From NCBI GenBank assembly GCA_965140345.1, contig OZ223198.1:102222-166221 (forward strand): 64,000 nucleotides of DNA, written 5' to 3'. Positions 1 through 9,569 of this stretch are shown here, piece after piece (the stretch's first letter is position 1; each line of letters starts with the position of its first letter). This DNA is from Candidatus Kapaibacterium sp. (GTDB lineage: Bacteria > Bacteroidota > Ignavibacteria > Kapaibacteriales > UBA2268). The notes below the pieces were generated by a model. It saw nothing but the letters and a program-made list of their open reading frames with translations. It was not told the origin of the DNA and ran no database searches. The translations under genes and the position numbers were made by a program.

Positions 1-41
1 GCAAGCAAAAGAGATTTTAGAAAAACATATAGGCTAATGAA

Positions 42-1001
42 ATGATTGAATCTTTCGCTAATTGGCTTATTTATGATACATTTGGATTGAGCAGTGCAGG
101 CGGCTTAGGCCCTGCACTTCAATTCTTTGTGTACGACTTTATTAAAATCGGGCTTTTATTGATTGGAATAACTCATTTAATGGGTCTATTCAATTCATAT
201 TTCCCGGTTGAAAAAGTACGTCATTATCTCGCAAATAAAAACCTATTCGGTTTTGAGAACTTTATTGCTGCATTTTTGGGCTCAGTGACACCTTTCTGTT
301 CATGCTCTTCCATTCCGCTATTTATTGGATTTGTGAAGGGAGGCATTCCAATGGGTGTAACCTTATCCTTCTTAATCACGTCTCCACTTATAAATGAAGT
401 TGCAGTTGCACTTTTTATTGGAATATTCGGTATAAAGGTAACAGCCATTTATGTAGTTTCCGGTTTACTTTTGGGAACAATCGGTGGCATTATTCTAGGG
501 AAAATGAAACTGGAACGCTACCTGACTGATTGGGTTAAAGCTATGCAGGAAATGCAAACTTCCGCCGGAGAAAAAGATACGCGATCATTGATGGAACGTA
601 TGCCGGAAGTAAGTGCAGAAGCTTTTAGAATTATTAAAGGTATTATTCTTTACATAGTTGCCGGACTAGCGATAGGTGGAATTATTCACGGATACGTACC
701 TCATGGATTTTTCGAAGAATATATGGCAGTAGATAATATATTTGCTGTGCCTGTTTCTGTGATTCTAGCTGTTCCGATGTATACAAATGCTTCAGGTGCA
801 ATTCCTGTTGTAGAAGCTTTAGTCGGAAAAGGTATTCCTTTGGGAACAGCACTTGCATTTATGATGGCGGTTGTTGGGCTTTCATTACCGGAAGCAATGT
901 TATTAAAGAAAGTAATGAAATGGCAGTTCCTTGCTACATTTTTTGGAACTGTTGCTATATTTATAATAGCATTAGGCTATTTTTTCAATATAATTTTTTA
1001 G
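42..1001 (+). CDS. Arsenic-cluster permease (DUF318/ArsP-like)
   Basis: Polytopic membrane protein with TPFCSCSSIP and PMYTNASG motifs typical of DUF318 permeases; lies in an ars cluster. Confidence 0.8.
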   Translation: MIESFANWLIYDTFGLSSAGGLGPALQFFVYDFIKIGLLLIGITHLMGLFNSYFPVEKVRHYLANKNLFGFENFIAAFLGSVTPFCSCSSIPLFIGFVKGGIPMGVTLSFLITSPLINEVAVALFIGIFGIKVTAIYVVSGLLLGTIGGIILGKMKLERYLTDWVKAMQEMQTSAGEKDTRSLMERMPEVSAEAFRIIKGIILYIVAGLAIGGIIHGYVPHGFFEEYMAVDNIFAVPVSVILAVPMYTNASGAIPVVEALVGKGIPLGTALAFMMAVVGLSLPEAMLLKKVMKWQFLATFFGTVAIFIIALGYFFNIIF

Positions 1002-1011
1002 GGAGAGAGTT

Positions 1012-1416
1012 ATGCGTTTATTTTTATTGAGCTTCATTGCTCTTGCATTTATGTGGGCTGTGCCTCAATCTGAGGCTGTAGCAGCTGAAAAAGCTGAAAT
1101 TACTATTTATTACTTCCATGGCGAAAGACGCTGCCCTACTTGTAAAAAAGTAGAAGCTAATGCCAAAGCAGCTCTTGACAAGTATTATTCGAAAGAAGTA
1201 AAAGCAGGTAAAATTGTTTTTAAATCTGTAAACTTCGAAGAAAATGAAACACTTGCGAAAAAATATGGTGCTGACAGCAGCATGTTAATTCTTGTAAAAA
1301 ACAAAGACGGCAAAGAAGAAACAGTAGATCTTACAACATTTGCCTTTATGAATGCAGGTGATAAAGATAAGTATATAGAAAAAGTCAAAAAAGAAGTTGA
1401 TAAGCTTAGGAAATAA
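1012..1416 (+). CDS. arsF: Exported thioredoxin-fold protein, ArsF-like family
   Basis: Signal peptide; YFHGERRCPTC (CxxC) motif; directly upstream of an ArsG/CcdA-like gene. Confidence 0.7.
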   Translation: MRLFLLSFIALAFMWAVPQSEAVAAEKAEITIYYFHGERRCPTCKKVEANAKAALDKYYSKEVKAGKIVFKSVNFEENETLAKKYGADSSMLILVKNKDGKEETVDLTTFAFMNAGDKDKYIEKVKKEVDKLRK

Positions 1417-1418
1417 TC

Positions 1419-2126
1419 ATGGAGTTTTTGCAGCAACTATTCGAAAATTCTGATATTCCTATTATAAGTGCATTTTTGCTTGGGCTGATGACGGCTATCA
1501 GCCCTTGCCCACTTGCGACTAACATCACTGCCACGGCATATCTTTCTAAAGATATTTCTAATAAAAGAAAGGTACTACTAAATTCCTTTCTTTATACTTT
1601 AGGCAGAGCGATAAGCTATGTTGGAGTTGGATTACTTATTTACTTCGGCGCAAGCAAATTTGATATATCTACTCTTTTTAATACTTATGGCGAAAGGCTT
1701 TTAGGGCCGCTTTTGATAATCATTGGATTATTTATGCTTGGGGTCATAAAGCTTGGAAAGTTAACCGGAGTAGGTGTTTCGCAGAAAGTCACTGATAAAA
1801 TCAGTGGTAAAGGCTATATAAGCGCTATTCTGATGGGAATTGTATTTGCATTGGCTTTTTGCCCCTATAGTGGAGTGCTTTACTTCGGTATGCTCATACC
1901 GATGTCAGTAAAAGATGACGGCTCTTTGATAAACCTGCTTGCTTTTTCTTTGGGAACAGGTCTGCCGGTGATAATAATCTCAATAATTCTGGCTTATGGG
2001 CTTGCCGGAGTTGGCAGTGTTTTCAATAAAATTAAGACATTTGAAAAGTGGTTTCGCAAAATAGTCGGAGTAATCTTTTTGCTAACTGGTATTTACTATA
2101 TAATGATATTTATGGGCTGGGTTTAA
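1419..2126 (+). CDS. arsG: ArsG/CcdA(DsbD)-like membrane protein
   Basis: GLMTAISPCPLATN and LAFCPYSG motifs (two membrane Cys-Pro sites); about 6 TM segments. Confidence 0.75.
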   Translation: MEFLQQLFENSDIPIISAFLLGLMTAISPCPLATNITATAYLSKDISNKRKVLLNSFLYTLGRAISYVGVGLLIYFGASKFDISTLFNTYGERLLGPLLIIIGLFMLGVIKLGKLTGVGVSQKVTDKISGKGYISAILMGIVFALAFCPYSGVLYFGMLIPMSVKDDGSLINLLAFSLGTGLPVIIISIILAYGLAGVGSVFNKIKTFEKWFRKIVGVIFLLTGIYYIMIFMGWV

Positions 2127-2266
2127 GATAGAACATTAATTTATTGGTTTAGCTGTTGTTTTAGTGTAGGAGCTGACGGGATAGTGAAAATTTTAACTAC
2201 TATTGGGTCAACTACCCGGCTCTTCAAAAGAGGTAATAATATAGGTGGTTTGAAATGATTTCTGTA

Positions 2267-2507
2267 GAGGCTGTCTTATAAGTAAAAATTTGTGTTGTTT
2301 GATCAATATTTGTGGTATCAAACACCCCGTCTCGCTTTGCGATCCACCCCTCTTTGAAAAGAGGGGAATTTTTTAAGTTGCCTATCTCATAGCTAGTTAG
2401 TGATGCAATAACAAATTTAACATTCCCCTTCTTTTCAAGAAGGGGTGCCCGAAGGGCGGGGTAGTTGGAGGCAATATTAGTTATATTTTAACTTATAAAA
2501 CAAGCTC
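2267..2507. mobile_element. MITE/REPIN-like repeat, family 1, copy 1
   Basis: Imperfect terminal inverted repeats GAGGCTGTCTTATAAGT...ACTTATAAAACAAGCTC enclosing two inverted GC-rich hairpin REPs; near-identical copy at 38887-39153. Confidence 0.75.
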
Positions 2508-2693
2508 TACAAAAGAATAAAACAAGACTGTCTCATTATTCTAAAACCGACGCTGTAATATAAATATTTGTGTATGACGGGGTAGTTGGGACTTTTCAGC
2601 AATAGATACAAATAGAACGAGCGAGTCAAAAACTTTACTGAATAACTATAAAAAATGATTGCATTTATTTTTCTAATTTAAATTCGAGATATA

Positions 2694-3104
2694 ATGAATA
2701 TACTAATTTTATGTACAGGCAATTCCGGTAGAAGCCAGATGTCGGAATACATCATAAAGAGGATTCTGCCTCAAGCGAAAGTTTATTCGGCTGGTGTTGA
2801 ACCGGCTAAAAAGGTTAATCCTTTGACAGTTCAGGTTATGGAAGAAGCAGGTTATGACTTATCTGAGGCATTCCCAAAACACACTGATATTTTTGTAGAA
2901 ATGAGTTTCGATTATGTGATTACTGTATGCGATCATGCAAATGAAACTTGTCCTCTGTTTGCAGGTGAAGTCAAAAACAGACTGCATATTGGCTTTGAAG
3001 ATCCTGATGCAGCTTTGGGAAGTGAAGAAGAAAAGCTTGCTTTCTTCCGAAACATCAGAGATCAGATTACCGAAAAAATGACACAGCTATTTGGAGATAA
3101 ATAA
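2694..3104 (+). CDS. arsC: Arsenate reductase, thioredoxin-coupled LMW-PTP fold
   Basis: CTGNSGRSQM P-loop, VCDHANETCP redox cysteines, FEDP motif; upstream of acr3. Confidence 0.9.
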   Translation: MNILILCTGNSGRSQMSEYIIKRILPQAKVYSAGVEPAKKVNPLTVQVMEEAGYDLSEAFPKHTDIFVEMSFDYVITVCDHANETCPLFAGEVKNRLHIGFEDPDAALGSEEEKLAFFRNIRDQITEKMTQLFGDK

Positions 3105-4000
3105 TGTATAATCGGTTTCTTTTTATACTAACCGTTTGTTTATTGAGTATCATTGGAATTTATCATTCCAATGCACAATGCTGTAGTGTTGGTGCAGGCT
3201 TCTCGTCGTTGCCTCCATCACTAAAAAGTTCCGCTATGGAAACAGGTAATTTATTTGTTGCCGGACTAAATACTAACTACACCTATTTTAATGAGTATTA
3301 CGAAAAAGATAAGTCAGTCAAAAACGGGCTGACACAAGAGCAAAAAACAATCATCAATACTCTTACTCTTATCAAATCATTTTATACCGATTTTTTGATA
3401 CAAGCAGATGTCTCCTATATCCCCTATTTTTATCAGGATAATGTGCATTATGAGGTAAACAGAAGCTCAATCAGCGACATGAAACTCAATTTTGGCTATT
3501 CTTTTTATAGAGATTATGACAACTCTCTTTTTAGCCAATTTACATTGGGTACAAAAATCCCTTTAGAAAAAGATTCAAGCAAAGTTATTTCCTTTCAGCG
3601 TGCTTATTCCTTAAATCTGATGAGCAGCACCATGAAGAAGTTTGATGATTTGGAAGCATTCTTATCACTTGTTCTCAGATATGAAAAGTTCCTTTCTGCA
3701 ACAAATGACAAGCAGCCGGGCGATAATTACTACGCAGCTATTATGTTCACAAAAGTGCTTAGTGATTTTACATTATCTGCCGATTTGAATTTTATGCTCA
3801 GCGGAAGAGAAATAATTAAAGATGAAGTATGGAATGGTTCGGGGTACAGATTGTTGCAAATTTCACCGCAGGTAAGTTATATGCTGGGAAATTTTGTAGC
3901 AGGTTTCAGGTATGATTTGCCTCTTTATAAATACTATAAAAAATTCCAAATTACTCCATCTTATTCAATCAGTTTCAATCTAAATTATATATATAGATAG
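3104..4000 (+). CDS. Putative outer-membrane beta-barrel with N-terminal Cys-Cys motif
   Basis: Signal peptide followed by QCCSVGAG; alternating beta-strand pattern; aromatic C-terminus (NLNYIYR); start overlaps the arsC stop. Confidence 0.6.
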   Translation: MYNRFLFILTVCLLSIIGIYHSNAQCCSVGAGFSSLPPSLKSSAMETGNLFVAGLNTNYTYFNEYYEKDKSVKNGLTQEQKTIINTLTLIKSFYTDFLIQADVSYIPYFYQDNVHYEVNRSSISDMKLNFGYSFYRDYDNSLFSQFTLGTKIPLEKDSSKVISFQRAYSLNLMSSTMKKFDDLEAFLSLVLRYEKFLSATNDKQPGDNYYAAIMFTKVLSDFTLSADLNFMLSGREIIKDEVWNGSGYRLLQISPQVSYMLGNFVAGFRYDLPLYKYYKKFQITPSYSISFNLNYIYR

Positions 4001-4008
4001 GTGCCCTT

Positions 4009-5061
4009 ATGTCAATCGCACAAAAAATGAATATATTAGATAAATACCTGACCTTATGGATTTTCCTTGCAATGGCAGCAGGTGTTGCAGTCGGATATTT
4101 TTCTCCGGGAATTGCACAGTTTTGGGATAAATTCAGCGTAGGAACAACAAATATACCTATTGCTATTGGTTTAATCTTGATGATGTTTCCACCACTGGCA
4201 AAAGTGAAATATGAGGAACTTGGCAAAGTATTCAGGAATGTAAAAGTTCTATCGCTTTCTATGGTTCAAAACTGGATTATTGGCCCCGTGCTTATGTTCC
4301 TATTAGCAATCATTTTCCTTCAAGACTACCCGCATTATATGGCAGGACTTATTTTAATCGGACTTGCCCGCTGTATTGCCATGGTGATTGTTTGGAACGA
4401 TCTGGCTAAAGGTGACACTGAATATGCTGCCGGCTTGGTTGCCTTCAACTCCATTTTCCAGATAATATTCTTTTCTGTGTATGCATATATATTTATTACG
4501 GTTTTGCCGGAATGGTTTGGCTTAGAGTCTTTTGAAGTGAATATTACAATAGGACAAATTGCTGAAAGTGTAGCTATATATCTTGGAATTCCGTTTTTAG
4601 GCGGATTTTTGACCAGATTTATACTCAGAAAAGCAAAAGACGACAGATGGTATAATCAAAAATTTATACCTAAAATCAGTCCGATTACTTTAATTGCTCT
4701 TCTGTTCACTATTTTTGTAATGTTTTCGCTAAAAGGTGAATACATTGTAAAATTACCTTTCGATGTGCTTCGCATAGCACTACCGCTATTGATTTACTTT
4801 ATCTTTATGTTCCTTGTATCGTTCTTTATGGGTAAAGTACTTGGGGCAGACTATAAAAAAACTGCAACCCTTTCTTTCACTGCTGCTAGCAATAATTTTG
4901 AACTGGCAATTGCAGTAGCTGTGGCGGTATTCGGCATTAACTCAGGCGAAGCTTTTGCTGCTGTTATAGGACCGCTAGTAGAAGTGCCTGTTCTGATTAT
5001 GCTGGTTAATCTCTCAATATGGATAGGAAAGAAGTATTTTGGTGTTAAAGATTTTGTGTGA
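4009..5061 (+). CDS. acr3: Acr3-family arsenite efflux transporter
   Basis: [33 protein letters not shown] and GPLVEVPV motifs. Confidence 0.95.
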   Translation: MSIAQKMNILDKYLTLWIFLAMAAGVAVGYFSPGIAQFWDKFSVGTTNIPIAIGLILMMFPPLAKVKYEELGKVFRNVKVLSLSMVQNWIIGPVLMFLLAIIFLQDYPHYMAGLILIGLARCIAMVIVWNDLAKGDTEYAAGLVAFNSIFQIIFFSVYAYIFITVLPEWFGLESFEVNITIGQIAESVAIYLGIPFLGGFLTRFILRKAKDDRWYNQKFIPKISPITLIALLFTIFVMFSLKGEYIVKLPFDVLRIALPLLIYFIFMFLVSFFMGKVLGADYKKTATLSFTAASNNFELAIAVAVAVFGINSGEAFAAVIGPLVEVPVLIMLVNLSIWIGKKYFGVKDFV

Positions 5062-5134
5062 TAACTTATAAGATATTAAATATTTAAAAAATGGTTTGTA
5101 TATTGGTTTATTATTTGAAAATATAATAGACACT

Positions 5135-5371
5135 ATGTACAAACCTTTTTATTGTTTATAGGAACATTCCTTTTATCTTTTATAGGTATATATGCTCAAG
5201 ACAGCTTATGCACTGTAGATAAGCTATATTAACGGCAGGTTCAGTTTGAAAGTGAAGCTTACTCAGGCTATAGAATTTGGAATTTCCCTTTGACTTTTAG
5301 CAATGAGCATTATTTCATTGGTACATGAATTTTAGCACCAATTACTGAGTTTGAGTATTAGTATGAATAGG
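5135..5371 (+). pseudogene. Internally deleted relic paralog of the 5814-6884 gene
   Basis: Encodes AQDSLCTVDKLY*RQVQFE fused to EAYSGYRIWNFPLTFSNEH, matching the N- and C-terminal ends of the neighbour; frameshift in the signal peptide and in-frame stops. Confidence 0.85.
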
Positions 5372-5624
5372 GATTATTTTAATATTTTATGGATCTGTAG
5401 ATAACTTATTTGTGTTAAGCTTCGTATATAATATTTGTAACATCTTCTACTTAAATTACTATTTATTGTCTTATAATAAAATTATAAAATCTCTACTGCC
5501 CTTTGAACGGCAGTTCGAACAACAAAGCTTTAGTCTTATGGAAGAGAGATTCTTCAAGAAAATAATTACTGGAATAATATAATAACTGAGTCTATAAGTT
5601 GTTTTATTAGAAGACTGGGGCTTC

Positions 5625-5746
5625 TTTTTCCATTTCTTTTTCTTTTTTTTGCGATAAAAAAGCAAAAGAAACGGTACTTCGACAAGCTCAGTAGCCTGAG
5701 AAAAAGAAAAAAAAACGCTTTGCCTCCAATTCTTATCTAGTGTTTT
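5625..5746. repeat. Intergenic repeat, family 2, copy A (REP core ACTTCGACAAGCTCAGT)
   Basis: About 120 bp shared with 8077-8219; T-rich and A-rich arms flank the REP core. Confidence 0.8.
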
Positions 5747-5813
5747 GACAAATTGTTTTATTCCAATTAAGATTGTACGGAAATGATCAAATTAATAAAT
5801 CAGCCTCTTATCT

Positions 5814-6884
5814 ATGCAAAAAATTATACTATTTATATTTCTAATGATAACATCAAGCTCAATTGTGCAAGCTCAAGATAGTTTATGTACGATTGATAAG
5901 CTATATTACGGGCAGGTTCAGTTTGAGGGTGACGCTCTGGAAAGCAAAAGTTATGAGTTTTATCTCCACTTGCCTGCCGGCATGAAAGCTAATTTCTACT
6001 ACCATGAACTTGCAAAAGAGAAGTTCAGAAAGCTCTTCTTAGTTGAAGCAAATTATAACAAAGATTTAAAAGCAAACTTTTTCCACTTCGGCGATGCTGC
6101 AATTACTATTGATACTAGTTCATCTGAGGATTTGCTAAGTGCTAACTTGAGTATACGAAGGCATTATGCTGATGGTATTAATACGTATGACAGAGATGAC
6201 AGTATTAATATAGTGCTGATGTCAACGGATCCGCAGGAAATTGCAGAAATAATTTCTGTTGTGGATGAGAATTCTGTTGTTCCGAGACCTTTTGACCGCT
6301 TTAGTTATCTGTGGGCAAATATCAATGTTCTGCCTGGACGCAATGAATACAATTTCCAGGGAACTTTCTTCACTTATTTAGGTAAGATGGACTCGGAACC
6401 CTACAATATGATGACATTCAATTTCCCGAATATAAATATAGTCTATGATAAAAACGGATACAGAAGATATTCTTATCAGGCAATGGCGATTCCTATATTT
6501 GGAGCATTTACTTCGCTGGGTTTGCTATTTGAAGATGAAGATGATTCATTTATGTTTGCTATACCGGGGCTAGTTTTCGGTTTCTTATCCGGCTTAACAA
6601 ACCCGGGAATAGACATTCCAATTCATGGCGGGGATAACTATTGGTCATTTTACTTAAAATTGAACTGGGATGCATTTATAGTAGAAGTGACGGATGTGAT
6701 AGATTACAAGCAGCCGGATAATTTCTTTGTAGCTCCAAAACTTGGCTTCAGATATATGAATGTAAGTGGCATCGGCTTTGAAGCTTTTGCAGGCTATAGA
6801 TTCTGGAATTTCCCTTTGACTTTATCTCATGAACATGCTTTTGCGGGTGTGGGCTTGCTTATTCCTATTGGTGCTATGGAGTGA
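5814..6884 (+). CDS. Hypothetical exported / outer-membrane protein
   Basis: Signal peptide (VQA|QD); beta-strand-rich C-terminal half. Confidence 0.6.
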   Translation: MQKIILFIFLMITSSSIVQAQDSLCTIDKLYYGQVQFEGDALESKSYEFYLHLPAGMKANFYYHELAKEKFRKLFLVEANYNKDLKANFFHFGDAAITIDTSSSEDLLSANLSIRRHYADGINTYDRDDSINIVLMSTDPQEIAEIISVVDENSVVPRPFDRFSYLWANINVLPGRNEYNFQGTFFTYLGKMDSEPYNMMTFNFPNINIVYDKNGYRRYSYQAMAIPIFGAFTSLGLLFEDEDDSFMFAIPGLVFGFLSGLTNPGIDIPIHGGDNYWSFYLKLNWDAFIVEVTDVIDYKQPDNFFVAPKLGFRYMNVSGIGFEAFAGYRFWNFPLTLSHEHAFAGVGLLIPIGAME

Positions 6885-7201
6885 TGTCTAAACATATCTA
6901 GATATACATTTCCCTTTGTTGAGATAACTATGGATTATGCAAAATATATATTGAGCCGTAGAGGATGTCTCAGAAGTGAAAATACTTCTAGTTTCTAAAT
7001 AAAAACTGACATCCTAGCCGCAAGCTAAAGCATGCGGTTGCACTTATAAGCTATTGCAACAGATGGCTTTAGCCATCTGCAAGAATAGTATTTCTTAGTC
7101 TAAATTATTCACTTTTACTGGTCTGATCAGAATATTCTTCACTGTTAAAACTGTCTCTCCTCTCCCAATTTGCAACAAATAATATCTCGCCATTTCATCT
7201 A

Positions 7202-7217
7202 TGACAGACAGCTGTCA
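7202..7217. promoter_or_regulatory. Palindromic operator candidate TGACAG-N4-CTGTCA
   Basis: Perfect 6-bp inverted repeat about 65 bp upstream of the DJ-1/PfpI start. Confidence 0.45.
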
Positions 7218-7282
7218 CACATCAATACATAAATTAGTATTGTAATTTGGAAACTGTTTCAAAATCAACTTATAAGACTATT

Positions 7283-7858
7283 ATGAAAAACATTTTTATT
7301 TATCTGTTTAATGGTTTCTCCGACTGGGAAATATCATATCTAACACCTGAACTAAACAAAGATAAGAGATTTAAACTCTGCTTTGTTACTGTTGACGGTG
7401 AAGCAATCTGCTCAATGGGTGGGCTTCAAATTCAGCCGACACATAGTTTAGCTAATATTAATCTTGATGATATAGAAATGCTTATTCTACCTGGTGGAAC
7501 TGCCTGGGAAAGCGATGTAAAAATAATCCCTGATGAGTTAATTCTGGAATTGGATAAGAAAAAAGTGAGCATTGCAGCAATATGTGCTGCAAGTATTTAT
7601 TTAGGGAAATTGGGTTTGCTGGATCATGTAAAACACACAAGTAATGACTTAAATTACCTGAAAGCTATGGCGCCAAATTACACCGGAGAAGATCTTTATC
7701 AGAACGAATTAGCTGTTACAGGTGGAAATATAATTACTGCCACCGGGATTGCACCAATAGAATTTGCAAGAGAGATATTCAATAAGATTGAGCTATTCCC
7801 TGAAAAGCAAATTGAGGCATGGTATAATCTGTTTAAGCATGGAATTTGGACGGTGTAA
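7283..7858 (+). CDS. DJ-1/PfpI family (type 1 glutamine amidotransferase-like) protein
   Basis: FSDWE, LILPGG, AAICAA nucleophile elbow, IITATG; ATG at 7283 preferred over TTG at 7247. Confidence 0.9.
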   Translation: MKNIFIYLFNGFSDWEISYLTPELNKDKRFKLCFVTVDGEAICSMGGLQIQPTHSLANINLDDIEMLILPGGTAWESDVKIIPDELILELDKKKVSIAAICAASIYLGKLGLLDHVKHTSNDLNYLKAMAPNYTGEDLYQNELAVTGGNIITATGIAPIEFAREIFNKIELFPEKQIEAWYNLFKHGIWTV

Positions 7859-8076
7859 TCAACTTAAAATACATCAGTCTTATCTTTAAATTTATTTCAA
7901 AGAGGGAAGTTATCTATAATAATAATCTTAATCATTACACGTATCGTGATACAATTACATTACCTTAATCAGTGGTTATAACCTACATTATAAGTTAGTC
8001 TTAAGACTAGCTTAGATTATATGAATGACATCAATACTCTTCTTTATATGTGATTTATTTTGGAGATTGGCGTAAC

Positions 8077-8219
8077 TTTTTCCATTTCTTTTTCTTTTTT
8101 TTGCGGTAATACTTCGACAGGCTCAGTAACCTTTGCAAAAGAAACGGTACTTCGGCAAGCTCAGTAGCCTGAGAAAAAGAAAAAAGAACGCTTAACCTCC
8201 AATTCTCACTTGGTGTTTT
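8077..8219. repeat. Intergenic repeat, family 2, copy B (two REP cores)
   Basis: Matches 5625-5746 but carries two ACTTCG(A/G)CA(A/G)GCTCAGTA cores. Confidence 0.8.
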
Positions 8220-8325
8220 ATCTGAATTTTAGTAATCCATTTTAGGATTTCTAATGGAAATATTAGATTTTTGACGTCAATGATTTTGCTATTATTAAGA
8301 AGAAATTTTTCCATCTATTTTACCC

Positions 8326-8362
8326 AAAAGCAGCATTTATTAGATAAGTGCTGCTTTTTTTT
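8326..8362 (+). terminator. Intrinsic terminator
   Basis: AAAAGCAGCA-loop-TGCTGCTTTTTTTT. Confidence 0.65.
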
Positions 8363-8517
8363 GTAACCAACCATGAAATGCAACGTTACTTTCTTTATAA
8401 ATTTGAGATAATATTATATATATTTTTCTCTATTTATATTGCAAAAAGTAAATAGATTTTATAGCTTTGCATTCCTTTTAACTTCCGACTATTATTATCT
8501 TTATAAATGGATATTTT

Positions 8518-9558
8518 ATGCAATTGAAACATTTCATAGCTTTTTTAGTTATCTCCGGTATCCTATTATCTTTAAGCAGCTGTCAGGACAGTAATAACGG
8601 TATTGTCCCAACTAGTGAAGAAATTTATTGGAGTAAAGTTGAAAACAAATTTCCTAATCATTCTTGGGTTAAATCTCTATACAAGAACAATATTGATGGC
8701 AAACAGCATTTAAGTTTGCTTAGAAAAGATACAAATATTGTTGATATTTATATATCTGATGATGGAGATACTTGGAGTTTAAAAGAAACGATTATTCCGG
8801 CAAATTTAAATTTTGAATTCGGGTTTGCCGAAGAGTTTTCCAACGAGTTTGATGATATTTTATTAGGTAAGAATGGTGTGATTTTCTACAAAATTAGTAG
8901 TAGACTGTTTAGATCTCTTTCTAACTTTGAAAATTTCGAAGAAATCAAATCCAATTTAAAATATGAAGACTCTCAATTAGATTATAAATTCTTTGATGAT
9001 ATTATGTTTGATCATGATGGAACTATTTATTCAGGAATGACTTTGAAATCAACAGATAACGGAAATACTTGGCAGGAATTAGCGAGCGGCCTTCAATATG
9101 TACACAAAGCTAACACCCTATTCAAAGACCAAAGTATTTTTGTTTTATACGATGATGGTTATTATCTAAGCCAAGACAAGGGAGTAAGCTGGGCTAATAT
9201 AAAGTACCCGAAAGTATATGAAGAAACAGGTTTTATAACTTATTTTACACCTGGGGATATTCTAAATTTGAATCCTACACCTTTAAGCATTAAAGAACCC
9301 AAAAAAGGTAACATGGATTTGTATTATATGACAGAAGACAGTACTCTTATTTCTAATATCTGTGGTAATAATACATTAGGCAAAAAAGAATGGGAATACT
9401 CGTTTTCATTTAACATATATACATCTTCTGATTTTGGTAAAAATTGGGATTTTCAGTTCTGTGTGCAAGATGCATGGAAAATAAATTATGTTGAATCTGG
9501 ATACTTCTATATAACGACTCCTATTGGTATTCTAAGAAATAAAAAACCTATAAAATAG
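8518..9558 (+). CDS. BNR/Asp-box repeat lipoprotein, array 1 member 1
   Basis: Lipobox LSSC; five SxDxGxxW motifs; C-terminus GILRNKKPIK. Confidence 0.75.
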   Translation: MQLKHFIAFLVISGILLSLSSCQDSNNGIVPTSEEIYWSKVENKFPNHSWVKSLYKNNIDGKQHLSLLRKDTNIVDIYISDDGDTWSLKETIIPANLNFEFGFAEEFSNEFDDILLGKNGVIFYKISSRLFRSLSNFENFEEIKSNLKYEDSQLDYKFFDDIMFDHDGTIYSGMTLKSTDNGNTWQELASGLQYVHKANTLFKDQSIFVLYDDGYYLSQDKGVSWANIKYPKVYEETGFITYFTPGDILNLNPTPLSIKEPKKGNMDLYYMTEDSTLISNICGNNTLGKKEWEYSFSFNIYTSSDFGKNWDFQFCVQDAWKINYVESGYFYITTPIGILRNKKPIK

Positions 9559-9569
9559 AGAGAAACAAC

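Noticed and set aside
2708-2744. ArsC P-loop CTGNSGRS (Gly at the second Cys position) as an inactivation
   Set aside because: That Cys is not essential in thioredoxin-coupled ArsC; the nucleophile and the distal Cys pair are present
5471-5665. 64-aa Lys-rich ORF
   Set aside because: Arises from the A/T tracts of the family-2 repeat
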